Origin: Verrucomicrobiales bacterium
Lineage (GTDB): Bacteria; Verrucomicrobiota; Verrucomicrobiia; Methylacidiphilales; JAAUTS01
DNA: 64,000 nucleotides
Assembly (NCBI GenBank): GCA_031256975.1
Contig: JAIRPN010000018.1
Location: 807 to 64,806 of the forward strand
Direction of reading: 5' to 3'
Every line of letters starts with the position of its first letter. Position 1 is the stretch's first letter. This document shows positions 45,614 through 54,580 of this stretch, piece after piece. A program made the position numbers and the translations under genes. Under the pieces are notes generated by a model, which was not told where the DNA came from, ran no database searches, and saw nothing but the letters and a program-made list of their open reading frames with translations.

Positions 45614-48535
45614 TTAGGGTTGTGAGGTAATCTTGATGCTATAGGTGATTTGGTTGGGACTGGTTGGGGTCCCGCTGCTGCCGCTGACCTGAACATTGGG
45701 AATCAAGTCGACAATGCAATTTTTGGCAGTGCGGGCCAGCACCCGGCCATTTTGGTCAAGGGCTTGTCCCTGGCTGTAAATGCGATAGCGGTAGGAACGG
45801 AAGGTGATGAGATGAGCCACCCGCCCAAAAGCCTCTTCACGGACGCGATCATTGCCGTCCAGTCGTTGAGTGACGGCGGCGCCGGTACCGCCGGCAAGTG
45901 AGACATTGGCCAGCCCGGAGACATTGTTATAAAGGCTGCCGGTCTTGCCCCAGATGGAGGGGGAGGGATTGTCGATCAACACACTGCTGTTAAGCTGGGA
46001 GGGAGTGTAACCGAGCAGGATGAAATCATTGAAATTGCGGAAGGGTTTGGCGTCGGTCCAAGCACCGGCAACCAGACGTTTGGCAATTTCAGGATTGATC
46101 GGGTTATCTGTCATTTTTAACTTGCTGCCGGTGAGGACAGGCTGGCCGGCGGGAGGCGTGCTGGCATAGGCGACGGGATAAAATTGTAAAAATTGGTTGC
46201 GCAGGTAGGACCAGAATGTTTGCAAGGGATTTAATGAGCTGTAGGTGGTATCCGTGAGGGTGCCGGGGCGCGGGACATTGACGTTGAGCCGGAGACGGTC
46301 GTTATTATTGTCGATGGTGAAAATTTCCAGCAAGGCCGCATCGGCTTTTTTCAGGTAGTTGGTATAATTGCTTCTGACGAAGGAATCAAATTGCCCGATG
46401 ACCAGGGTTTTAGTGCCGCGCGGCCGGCTGTCACCGGTTACCGTATCGAAAGTCGGATCAAAAATATTGCCAAGTTCGACAATATTTTGCATTGGCGCAT
46501 GAGCAATGTGTGTCGGGGCTGAATAGGGCGACTTGACATAACCACCGCCCGCACCGACGAGCGGCCGGTCAAACCAAGTGGTCATGTCTTGATAGGGAGA
46601 ACCGCCGCTGCCGCCGGTGGTATTGTTGGGAACACCGGGGGTGTGGCGTTCTTTGGCCATGGTTGCCCAACTGGAAAGGTAACGTCCCAAGGTTTCGCGG
46701 AGATCTTCGCTATTGCCACTCGAACCATAACCGGGTGAGCATCCTGATTTTCCGGTGGAATAAGAACCGCCCAGATTACAGGGCCAATAGGCATCAAGAA
46801 TCCGTGGCGTGCCGTTCATGGACTGGATAGTGGTGGAGCCATCATCATTAGTGATAATGGTGGGTGCGGCACCCTCGATGTAGAACAGTATAAAGCCCAT
46901 GGCTGTGCCACTGCCACTTTGGTTGGCTGCATTAAAGGAGGTGTTCTGCGAAGAATATACCGTATAGACCCTGGAAAGAGAAAAAGCGCGAAATTCGTTC
47001 GGGCTAAGGGTGATGGGCGTGGAAGAAATGGCGATATCTTCAGAGGATAGTTGTGGCACATAACCGTTAAGTGGCACACCCGAAACGGTGGAATGTTGTT
47101 GTGCAATGAAATGAATATAAAGATTGGGTACTGTGGATGGCGTATCGGCGGAATTCCAAAGCTCAATGATACGAGTCAAGCCAACCTGGGTTTTATAGGG
47201 ATTTGCTCCGCCAACATTGGTGACCAAATATTGTGGTGAGGCAGAGCTGGCGGTGCCGAAGTAGTAAAGAATTTCATTCACACGGGGCGTTGCGGCTATG
47301 CCGTACCAGAGATTGGGATTGCTGTAATTTCCCCAAATGGTGCTGCCCATGGTCTGGATGTTGTTGAAATAAGTTTGCAGGGAAGGTGAGAGCATTGGGT
47401 AGCGTTCGCTGCGGATATAATTGACAATCGAAGCGGCCAAGCGATTGGTTGTGCCCGGCACGCCGCCGCTGGCGGCACCGATAGTGGTTTCTTTGCGATT
47501 GTAAAAGTCAGGCAAACCATTCTGGATAAATTGGCTGATCGACGGTACTGCGGTGGTTGCGGCATCGGCAAGGGTTGCGGGGGTGGTGGCTACCACATTC
47601 ACATTCATCCTGGCTTCGCCGACCTTGGGGCCGTAGGCGATGAGGTTTTGCGGGTCGGGATAGGTACCGGTGCTTTGCACGGTTTCCTCGCGGGTGACGT
47701 CGACGGTGTAGAGGTTTTGGTTGGTGCCGCCACTTAGGGCGGCGACCGTTTGGGCCGGGGAACTGGGCGAAGGCCATATGGTGCTGCTGCGATAAGTAAC
47801 CAGAGTTTTTACATCTTCGGTAGAGAGCCCCTCAATTTTTAGATTGGTGGCATCGAGCGGAGCGTTGGGATCGTTGGGTTGCGCGACGGTCGGCGTGTAG
47901 GTGGTGGAAGTGGTGATGGTGCCGCTGACGTTGCCGACACGGCTGACATCGAGTTTGGAGGATTCGTCATCGACCCAGTAGGCGTAGCGGCCGTAAGTGC
48001 CGCTGGTATTGGGGGCGTTGCTGCCGAGGTAAATCCAGCCGGCCGGGTAGGAGCCGCCACCGGGGTCGATTTGTTTATTGGCATTCATGTCCACACTGGC
48101 GGTGGAGGAGAGGGCCATGATTTCGTTGGGACCGAGGTTGGCGGGCAGGGAGTTGGAACTGGAGGAAACCAGCCAGTAGGTGTTGGGAGCGGTGCCGCTG
48201 GTGTTGGTGAAGTCGCCGTTGAGCACGTCCTGGGAAATTGCGACGTAGAAGGGGCGGAAGTCGTTGTTGTTGGAATATCCCCAGGTGACGAAACCCTTGG
48301 CGGCGTTGGTGCCGGTGGGTACGGCCTGCAGGATTTTGGAAATGGCGGATTGCTGTGCGGCCTCGGCCATGGCGTCTGCCTTCAGTTTGTTGAGGTAGGC
48401 GCGCGAGGTCAGGCGGTCGGTGCGCATGGACTGCAGGAACACCACCACCATGACGGTGAGGATGGTGAGGACCAACAGGGTGCTGATGAGGGCGAAGGCG
48501 CGCGCGTGAGGATGACGATGGATGGCAGGCATCAT
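45614..48535 (-). CDS. giant GspK/PilX-like minor pseudopilin-position protein (973 aa)
   Basis: The N-terminus HARAFALISTLLVLTILTVMVVVFLQS is a pseudopilin-like hydrophobic helix without Glu+5, as in GspK/PilX. The gene sits in the K position after the H-I-J-like genes. The remainder is T/S/N/G/P-rich. Confidence 0.6.
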   Translation of the reverse strand: MMPAIHRHPHARAFALISTLLVLTILTVMVVVFLQSMRTDRLTSRAYLNKLKADAMAEAAQQSAISKILQAVPTGTNAAKGFVTWGYSNNNDFRPFYVAISQDVLNGDFTNTSGTAPNTYWLVSSSSNSLPANLGPNEIMALSSTASVDMNANKQIDPGGGSYPAGWIYLGSNAPNTSGTYGRYAYWVDDESSKLDVSRVGNVSGTITTSTTYTPTVAQPNDPNAPLDATNLKIEGLSTEDVKTLVTYRSSTIWPSPSSPAQTVAALSGGTNQNLYTVDVTREETVQSTGTYPDPQNLIAYGPKVGEARMNVNVVATTPATLADAATTAVPSISQFIQNGLPDFYNRKETTIGAASGGVPGTTNRLAASIVNYIRSERYPMLSPSLQTYFNNIQTMGSTIWGNYSNPNLWYGIAATPRVNEILYYFGTASSASPQYLVTNVGGANPYKTQVGLTRIIELWNSADTPSTVPNLYIHFIAQQHSTVSGVPLNGYVPQLSSEDIAISSTPITLSPNEFRAFSLSRVYTVYSSQNTSFNAANQSGSGTAMGFILFYIEGAAPTIITNDDGSTTIQSMNGTPRILDAYWPCNLGGSYSTGKSGCSPGYGSSGNSEDLRETLGRYLSSWATMAKERHTPGVPNNTTGGSGGSPYQDMTTWFDRPLVGAGGGYVKSPYSAPTHIAHAPMQNIVELGNIFDPTFDTVTGDSRPRGTKTLVIGQFDSFVRSNYTNYLKKADAALLEIFTIDNNNDRLRLNVNVPRPGTLTDTTYSSLNPLQTFWSYLRNQFLQFYPVAYASTPPAGQPVLTGSKLKMTDNPINPEIAKRLVAGAWTDAKPFRNFNDFILLGYTPSQLNSSVLIDNPSPSIWGKTGSLYNNVSGLANVSLAGGTGAAVTQRLDGNDRVREEAFGRVAHLITFRSYRYRIYSQGQALDQNGRVLARTAKNCIVDLIPNVQVSGSSGTPTSPNQITYSIKITSQP

Positions 48536-49314
48536 GGGTTGAGGTTGACGCGCAGGCGGAACAGCTGCGCGTTTTGTGATTTTACGGTTTCCATCGTATT
48601 GGAATTGGTCCAGTCCTGGGCGCTGGTGAATTTCTGCGCGGTGTCGTAGTTGTAGGCGCGCAGGCTGATGTCAAAGAAGGCGGGCTGGGTGTGGTAATCG
48701 CCGTCGTCGAGCTGGATCGGGTCAGCGTCGCCCGTGTAGCGCTGGATGAAGAAGTCGATGACGTTGCGGGCGATGATTTCGTCGCCGCCGGTGCTGCGGG
48801 TGGCGTTGGCGGATGGGAACAGCAGGGCGTTGGGGTCGCTCATCAGCGCGAGCAGTCCCCCGGTGGCGTTGCTCCAGGTGGTGTTGCTGCTCTTGAAGTA
48901 GCGGTGCAGGTTGTAGGCGCCGCGGTTGATGCCGTTGCTGGGACTGGTGTAGGCGATGTAGTAGCCCACGGCGCAAAGGTCGCTGTTGCTGAGCGTGGGA
49001 TCCTGGGCGTCGCTGCCGGAAGTGGTGATGAAGAAGATTTTATCACCATGTTCCGGCGGGGCGAAGCTGCCGTCTCCGTTATTGTCGATTGCCGGGTTTT
49101 TGTAGAAGGGAATGCGCGAGGTGATCCTGGCGTTTTGCAGGTCGTGGCTGAGGTAATACAGCGCAGCCCGCGCCTCGCTGTAGGCGTTGACTTTGCTTTC
49201 GCTGCTTTTCCAGGTGTGGGTGGCTTGCGAAAAAAAGGAGAACAACAGCAGGATCAGGATGGCCAGGACGCTGGTGGCAACCAGCAGTTCGATCAGGGTG
49301 AAACCGGTTTGCAT
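48532..49314 (-). CDS. prepilin-type N-terminal cleavage/methylation domain protein (GspJ-position pseudopilin)
   Basis: ATG 49314 gives MQTGFTLIELLVATSVLAILILLLF (G/FTLIE). Confidence 0.75.
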   Translation of the reverse strand: MQTGFTLIELLVATSVLAILILLLFSFFSQATHTWKSSESKVNAYSEARAALYYLSHDLQNARITSRIPFYKNPAIDNNGDGSFAPPEHGDKIFFITTSGSDAQDPTLSNSDLCAVGYYIAYTSPSNGINRGAYNLHRYFKSSNTTWSNATGGLLALMSDPNALLFPSANATRSTGGDEIIARNVIDFFIQRYTGDADPIQLDDGDYHTQPAFFDISLRAYNYDTAQKFTSAQDWTNSNTMETVKSQNAQLFRLRVNLNP

Positions 49315-49333
49315 GGCGGAAGACTGTGTTTCT

Positions 49334-49412
49334 GGTGATGGGAATATGGGGTTCCCGTGAGGGGAACAACATGTTTTGGTGACGGGAATGCGGGGTTCCC
49401 GTGAGGGGAACA
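49334..49412 (-). repeat. tandem 44-nt-period repeat, each unit carrying a hairpin, within the pseudopilin operon
   Basis: ggtgatgggaatatggggttcccgtgaggggaaca (49334..49368) is repeated as ggtgacgggaatgcggggttcccgtgaggggaaca (49378..49412). Each unit contains GTTCCC-N5-GGGAAC. Confidence 0.8.
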
Positions 49413-49474
49413 CGTGCTTCCAAGGACGGGATTCCAGCCTGGTGAAATGATTGTACGAAAGAAAATGACCGGAT

Positions 49475-50056
49475 TCATAACTCGGGAACGATCAGGGTGA
49501 CGAACACTTGTTTTTTGCGGTCGACAGGTTTGGCGGCGGCGGGCCATTCGACGGTGAGGGTGACGCGGGAGTAGTTGTAGGCGGTGGCGGGGTTGTTGTC
49601 GGGGTTGTAAGCGGCGCTGAGGCGGCTGATATAAAAGGCGGTGGCGACGCTGGTGCCGTTGTTGTAATCGGCGGCGCCGTTGAGGGTGCGCAGGGGGGTG
49701 CCGTTGTTGTCAAAGACGATATACAAGGGGTTCGCGTCATTGGTGTCGGCAAGGTTGAATTGGGTGGAGCGGGAGCTGGTGACCAGGGCGGTGTTGGCTT
49801 GCTCGGAGGTGACCTGCGAGAGGATTTCACGGTTGTTGCGGTTGCCGGTGTCGGCACGGGACTGGATTTCCGCCAGCAGGGACTGGGCGATGAAGGTGGC
49901 GCGGGTGTCGCTCTTGCTGTCGCTGGCGGTATTGAGCGCCAAGGGGAACAGCATCAGGATGGCCACCAGGGCATAGGTCAGGATGGAGAGGGCGAGAACG
50001 ACTTCGATCAGACTGAATCCATGACGGCCGGTGGGTGCGGAACTGCGGGCGGTCAT
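49475..50056 (-). CDS. prepilin-type N-terminal cleavage/methylation domain protein (GspI-position pseudopilin)
   Basis: MTARSSAPTGRHGFSLIEVVLALSILTYALVAIL (G/FSLIE). Confidence 0.75.
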   Translation of the reverse strand: MTARSSAPTGRHGFSLIEVVLALSILTYALVAILMLFPLALNTASDSKSDTRATFIAQSLLAEIQSRADTGNRNNREILSQVTSEQANTALVTSSRSTQFNLADTNDANPLYIVFDNNGTPLRTLNGAADYNNGTSVATAFYISRLSAAYNPDNNPATAYNYSRVTLTVEWPAAAKPVDRKKQVFVTLIVPEL

Positions 50057-50058
50057 AA

Positions 50059-50697
50059 TTACTGTAGCGTGGCGAGGTCCATTTCCGCGCGCCCGGTGAA
50101 GCGCTGGAAGGTGATGCGGTCGAAGTAGGTGGAGTTCTTGGTCATCAGCGTGTCGCGGTTGTTGGCGAACACGCCTTCATAAAGATACAGGCAGAGGTTT
50201 GCGGGATTCGACGGGGTCCTGATGGCGCCGGTGGGGGTATAGACGATGGACGGCAGGGAGGCGCCGGAATTGAGCTGCGGCAGGTTGCCGGAGGGAATCG
50301 AAAGCACGGCGGTGCCGTCCTGGAACAGCGAGGTGCAGTCGCGCTTGAAGGAAATATTCTTGGGCAGGAACATCCACTTGGTCACGGCGACGTATTGCAC
50401 CCCGGCGGGGTCGCTGTCCACGCGGTCGCGGAAGATAATATAGGCGTGATAGGGGAAGTCGGTGCCGAGCTGGCTGAGCGACTGGTCGGCAAAGCCGACG
50501 TAGGCATTGACGCCGTTGGTGAGGGCGGCGATGCGCGCCTGCTCGAAGGCGTTGAGCAAGGTGTTGACCGCGCCCTGGCGGCCGGTGGAGTTCGACATGG
50601 AATTGATGGCGGGCAGGGCGGTGGCCATCAGGATGGCCATGACCGACACGACAGTCAGCGTTTCCAGCAGAGTGAAACCTTGTTTGTTTTTATTCAT
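50059..50697 (-). CDS. prepilin-type N-terminal cleavage/methylation domain protein (GspH/FimT-position pseudopilin)
   Basis: ATG 50697 gives MNKNKQGFTLLETLTVVSVMAILMA (G/FTLLE). Confidence 0.75.
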   Translation of the reverse strand: MNKNKQGFTLLETLTVVSVMAILMATALPAINSMSNSTGRQGAVNTLLNAFEQARIAALTNGVNAYVGFADQSLSQLGTDFPYHAYIIFRDRVDSDPAGVQYVAVTKWMFLPKNISFKRDCTSLFQDGTAVLSIPSGNLPQLNSGASLPSIVYTPTGAIRTPSNPANLCLYLYEGVFANNRDTLMTKNSTYFDRITFQRFTGRAEMDLATLQ

Positions 50698-50885
50698 GGG
50701 CAGCAATGTGACACGCCCGTGTTCCGTTCGTATCAACGTCGTGTAACAAGTCGGTGTCATTTTCGCCGCCAATATGAGAATAGCGGCAATGCTTTCGTGT
50801 GCTTTTCCCTTTCGCGGATTTCGCTTTGCAGAATCGTGACGGAATGGACACGGGGCTGTCGCAATCGGCCGGCAGATTTTCCAGA

Positions 50886-53648
50886 ATGAAGGGAGGTTGT
50901 TGCAAAGGAGCGCTGGGGCTCGTCGTGTTGTCAGGTCTGCTGGCGATGGCGACGTGTTGCCGGGCGCAACAGCAGCCCGCGGCGATGACCGCCCACGACA
51001 CTCTGGAAGCCGGTTTCATGGCGTTCCGGACTGCCGATTACAAGAAGGCGGAGTCGGTGCTCAATGATTTCCTGCGCGATTACGGCAAGAGCGCCGAGGC
51101 CAAGCAGTATTTGTCGAAGGTGCTGGAACTGCTGTCTTTTTCGCAAATCCGGCTGGGCAAATATGACGACGCCTTGGAAACCATTGCCCGTTATCTGCAG
51201 GAATACCCGGAAGGTGACGAGGCGGAGTCGCTGTCCTTCTGGCAGGGCATCTCCCTGCTGCGGGTGGAGAAATTTGACGAATCGAAAAGCGCGCTGGAAG
51301 CCTTCCTGAAGAAATATCCGCGCAGCAGCAAGGCGGACGATGCGCGTTACGCGATCGGCCTCGACCTGTTGAAGAACGGCAAGTATCGCGAGGGAGCGGA
51401 TTATTTCGTGAACCTGGCGCCGCAACTGAAACCGGACATGGCTTATGAGGCATTGGTGCTCGCGTTGTACGGTTACGTGGAAGGCGACGACCGCGACCGC
51501 GCGCTGGAACTGGTCCTGAAGATCGACCCGCTCAGCCCGCAGGCCAACAAATTGGCGGTGTATCATTTGCTGGCGTTGAACCTGGGCAGCCGCCTGTTGC
51601 AGAAGGGCGAGGACCGCAAGTCGCTGCTGGCCTTGCAACGGGTCTGGGGCAAGGACAAGATTTTGTCGCGGCAGCAACAGAAGCTGGCCGAGTTGCAGGC
51701 CAGGCAGCAGCAACAGGCCAATGACAAGAACGCCGATCTTTACCAGCAAAGCCGCCTGGCGGAGGTGATCGGGGAAATCCAGGGCGAGATCAAGCAGCTG
51801 AACAAGATTCCCGATTATGACACCGCGCTGCAATTTCGCATCGCCCAAGCCTATATCCATCTCAATCGCTACCGCGAGTCCTATCTGGTGTTGCGGCAGA
51901 TGGCCAATAAGTTGCCGGACAGCGAGATGCTGATGCAGGCGGAATACACCATGGTCTATTGCCTGGTGTACATGGAGCGCTGGGACGAAGTGGTGAAAGC
52001 GGCGGCGGAATTTGAAAAGCGGTTCCCGAAATCCTCGCAACTGGCGCTGGTGTTGTACCTGCGCGGCGAATCCTGCCGCCAGATGGAGGACTACGCGGGC
52101 GCCTATGAAGTGTTCTCACGCATCGGCAAGGATTTTCCCGACAGCCAGTATGCCGAGCGTTGCGCCTTTCTGGCGGGTTATGTGTTGCTGATGCAGGACA
52201 GGAATCCCGAGGCGACCGCGCAATTCCAGGATTACATCAAGAAATACCCGCAGGGGGTGTTGCTGGAGAAGGCTTATTACTGGCTGGCGATGTCGTACCA
52301 TTATAACAAGGATTACGAGCAGAGCCGCGCGGCGCAGAAAAGTTACCTCGATCATTACCCCAAGGGCCAATATGTGGCGGACAGCAATTTCCGCCGCGCG
52401 CAGGCCCTCTTCAACCAGAAGAATTTTGTCGACGCCTACAAGGAGCTGGAAAACTGCCTGAAGCAGTTTCCGAAATACGAGCGGCTGGACGAGTTGAAAA
52501 CGCAACTGGGCGACTGTTATTTTGCGCTGGGGGAAATCGACCGCGGGCTGGCGGTGTATCAAAGCACCTCGCTGAAGGATCCGGGCCTGTACGATTACGC
52601 GGTGTTCCGCGAGGGACAGGCCTACAAGACCCGCGAGGAGTACGACAAGCTGCTGGCGCTGTTCCAGAAGTTTCTCACCGATAGGCCCAATAGCCCGCGC
52701 CTGACCGAGGCTTTGTCGCAGATCGCGTGGTATTACCGTTCCAAGGGTGATGCCGGCAAGGCGGCGGAGATTTACTGGCAGGCGGTCCGCGACCACGGTG
52801 ATGATCCGGAAGCTGCTGGCGTGGAGGATATGCTGCGCACGCTGGCGAAGTATTACCGCCAGCCGGATGAAAAACAGAAGTTTGTCATCCGCCTGCAGTC
52901 GATGGCGGAGCAGGAGGCGGCCAAGCGCCCAACCCTGACGGCGCGAGTGCACTGGATGCTGGCGCAACTGGCACAGAAGGAAAACCCGGCCTCGGCGGAC
53001 CAGCAGTTGCTGGCGATCAAGCAAAACCTTGATTTGCGCAAGCTGAGTCCCTTGCTGCTGGTTGATGTTGGCGATGCGGCGTTGCGCCTTGGCAGGACGG
53101 ATGACGCGAAGGAATGTTACCGGACGCTGATTTCGTGGTATCCGACCTCGATGTTGAAGGATCGCGGCTACGTGGGCATGGGCTTGGTGGCCAGGGCGGC
53201 GGGTAACAACGACGAGGCCTTGTCGTACTTCGCGTTGTTCGACAAGAATGATTTCCAGTCGATGGAGAAGCCGCGGGTGCTGCGCGCCAAGGCGGATATT
53301 TATCTGGACCAGAACAAGCCGGAGCTGGCCTTGGAACAATTGGAGACTTTGCTGGCCATGCCGATCACCAAGGGCCGCAATGCGGTGGAAGCCTTGTACC
53401 AGATCGGCAGCATCCGCCTGTCGCTGGGCGATGCGAAGAAGGCGATACCTTATTTCCAGCGCATCTATGTGATGTATTCGCGCTGGAGCGATTACACCGC
53501 CAAGGCTTACTGGAGCAGCGGGCAGGCCTTTGAAAAATTGAACATGACCGAGGAAGCGCGCAAGACCTACCAGGAATTCATCGGCCAGGACAATCTGAAA
53601 CAAACGGCGGAATACGCCAGGGCACAGGAGCGCTTGAAGGCTTTATGA
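50886..53648 (+). CDS. secreted giant TPR-repeat protein (920 aa from ATG 50886)
   Basis: The internal ATG gives the signal peptide MKGGCCKGALGLVVLSGLLAMATCCRA. TPR-like repeats run throughout (YPKG.., YAERCAFLAGY.., AYYWLAMSYH..). Confidence 0.8.
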   Translation: MKGGCCKGALGLVVLSGLLAMATCCRAQQQPAAMTAHDTLEAGFMAFRTADYKKAESVLNDFLRDYGKSAEAKQYLSKVLELLSFSQIRLGKYDDALETIARYLQEYPEGDEAESLSFWQGISLLRVEKFDESKSALEAFLKKYPRSSKADDARYAIGLDLLKNGKYREGADYFVNLAPQLKPDMAYEALVLALYGYVEGDDRDRALELVLKIDPLSPQANKLAVYHLLALNLGSRLLQKGEDRKSLLALQRVWGKDKILSRQQQKLAELQARQQQQANDKNADLYQQSRLAEVIGEIQGEIKQLNKIPDYDTALQFRIAQAYIHLNRYRESYLVLRQMANKLPDSEMLMQAEYTMVYCLVYMERWDEVVKAAAEFEKRFPKSSQLALVLYLRGESCRQMEDYAGAYEVFSRIGKDFPDSQYAERCAFLAGYVLLMQDRNPEATAQFQDYIKKYPQGVLLEKAYYWLAMSYHYNKDYEQSRAAQKSYLDHYPKGQYVADSNFRRAQALFNQKNFVDAYKELENCLKQFPKYERLDELKTQLGDCYFALGEIDRGLAVYQSTSLKDPGLYDYAVFREGQAYKTREEYDKLLALFQKFLTDRPNSPRLTEALSQIAWYYRSKGDAGKAAEIYWQAVRDHGDDPEAAGVEDMLRTLAKYYRQPDEKQKFVIRLQSMAEQEAAKRPTLTARVHWMLAQLAQKENPASADQQLLAIKQNLDLRKLSPLLLVDVGDAALRLGRTDDAKECYRTLISWYPTSMLKDRGYVGMGLVARAAGNNDEALSYFALFDKNDFQSMEKPRVLRAKADIYLDQNKPELALEQLETLLAMPITKGRNAVEALYQIGSIRLSLGDAKKAIPYFQRIYVMYSRWSDYTAKAYWSSGQAFEKLNMTEEARKTYQEFIGQDNLKQTAEYARAQERLKAL

Positions 53649-54580
53649 ACGCGCGTTGTCTGGTCATTGGCGGATTGTTGCTGGGTGGCTGCCTGTCATT
53701 GCGGGCGGATGTGATCACGCTCAAGAGCGGACAGAATGTGGAGGGCAAAATTGCCGGGACCGATGGCAAGACGCTGACGGTGGAGTCGGACGTGGCGGGA
53801 CAGCGTGCGCAGGTGAAGTATCCGCTGGCATTGGTCGACAAGCTGGTGTTTGTCGATGATGACGCCACCAAAACCCTGCTTGCCAGCAATGACCCGAAAG
53901 ATCTTCCGGAGCTGGCGAAATTATGGGAGTCGCGGCAGGTCTTTCTCGGCCAGCCGGAAAGCAACGCCGGTGCGGTGGCATTGGCCTACGCAAGGTTGCT
54001 GCTGAAGAGCGGCGGTGACTTGAACCAGGTGCTGGCCCTTAGCGCCGAGGTGGAATCGGGGGACTGGCAGGTTGCGAGAAAACCCGAGGCGACCCGCCTG
54101 CGACTGGCGGTCTTGGTGAAGAGCGGCAAATCCGACCAGGCTTTGGCCGAGGCGGAGAAGATCGGCAGTGCAGCCGGTGCGGACGATGACACCCTGCTGC
54201 AAGCGCAGGTGCAGGCGCGTTTTACCGGTGCGGAAGTGGCCTGGGCCAAATTGCAACAACTGGAACGCGATTGGCCGAAGTGGGCGCTCATGCCCGACAA
54301 GCGGGTCGAGCGTCAGCATTTGCTGGACAAAACCCTGGATGGATTTTTGTATCCGGTGGTGTTCCAGAGCCAGCTCAGGAACCTTTGCGCCGAGGGATTG
54401 TATCGCAGCGCCGAGATCGAGTGCCTGACCGGCAGCCTGGCGAACGCGGCGGTCCACGTGCAGGAAATCATCACTTATTACGCCAACGACGAGTTCAAGG
54501 CCAAGGCGGAAAATTTAATCAAACAATACCAACTCACCCTCCCGGCAAAGGGCGGGGACAACAAGGGGAAGAACTCATGA
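53645..54580 (+). CDS. putative lipoprotein, hypothetical
   Basis: MNARCLVIGGLLLGGCLS has a lipobox LGGC. It overlaps both neighbours by 4 nt. Confidence 0.55.
   Translation: MNARCLVIGGLLLGGCLSLRADVITLKSGQNVEGKIAGTDGKTLTVESDVAGQRAQVKYPLALVDKLVFVDDDATKTLLASNDPKDLPELAKLWESRQVFLGQPESNAGAVALAYARLLLKSGGDLNQVLALSAEVESGDWQVARKPEATRLRLAVLVKSGKSDQALAEAEKIGSAAGADDDTLLQAQVQARFTGAEVAWAKLQQLERDWPKWALMPDKRVERQHLLDKTLDGFLYPVVFQSQLRNLCAEGLYRSAEIECLTGSLANAAVHVQEIITYYANDEFKAKAENLIKQYQLTLPAKGGDNKGKNS

Noticed and set aside
49334-49412. Possible CRISPR array
   Set aside because: There are only two repeat units, separated by a 9-nt spacer, and no cas genes. The location is inside an operon, so I treated it as a tandem regulatory or structural repeat.
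50931-53603. Two long minus-strand ORFs (369 aa and 495 aa) inside the TPR gene
   Set aside because: These Arg/Leu/Gln-rich translations are antisense to a well-structured TPR protein. I rejected similar shadows at 18323..19519, 19740..20915, 10164..11081, 12829..13791, 47879..48649, 48691..49338 and 59848..60819 for the same reason.
54271-54576. 102-codon N-terminal extension of the ExbB ORF
   Set aside because: The extension is Arg/Gly/Gln-rich and overlaps the preceding gene in another frame. ATG 54577 gives a normal signal/TM start and the ATGA coupling seen elsewhere in the operon.
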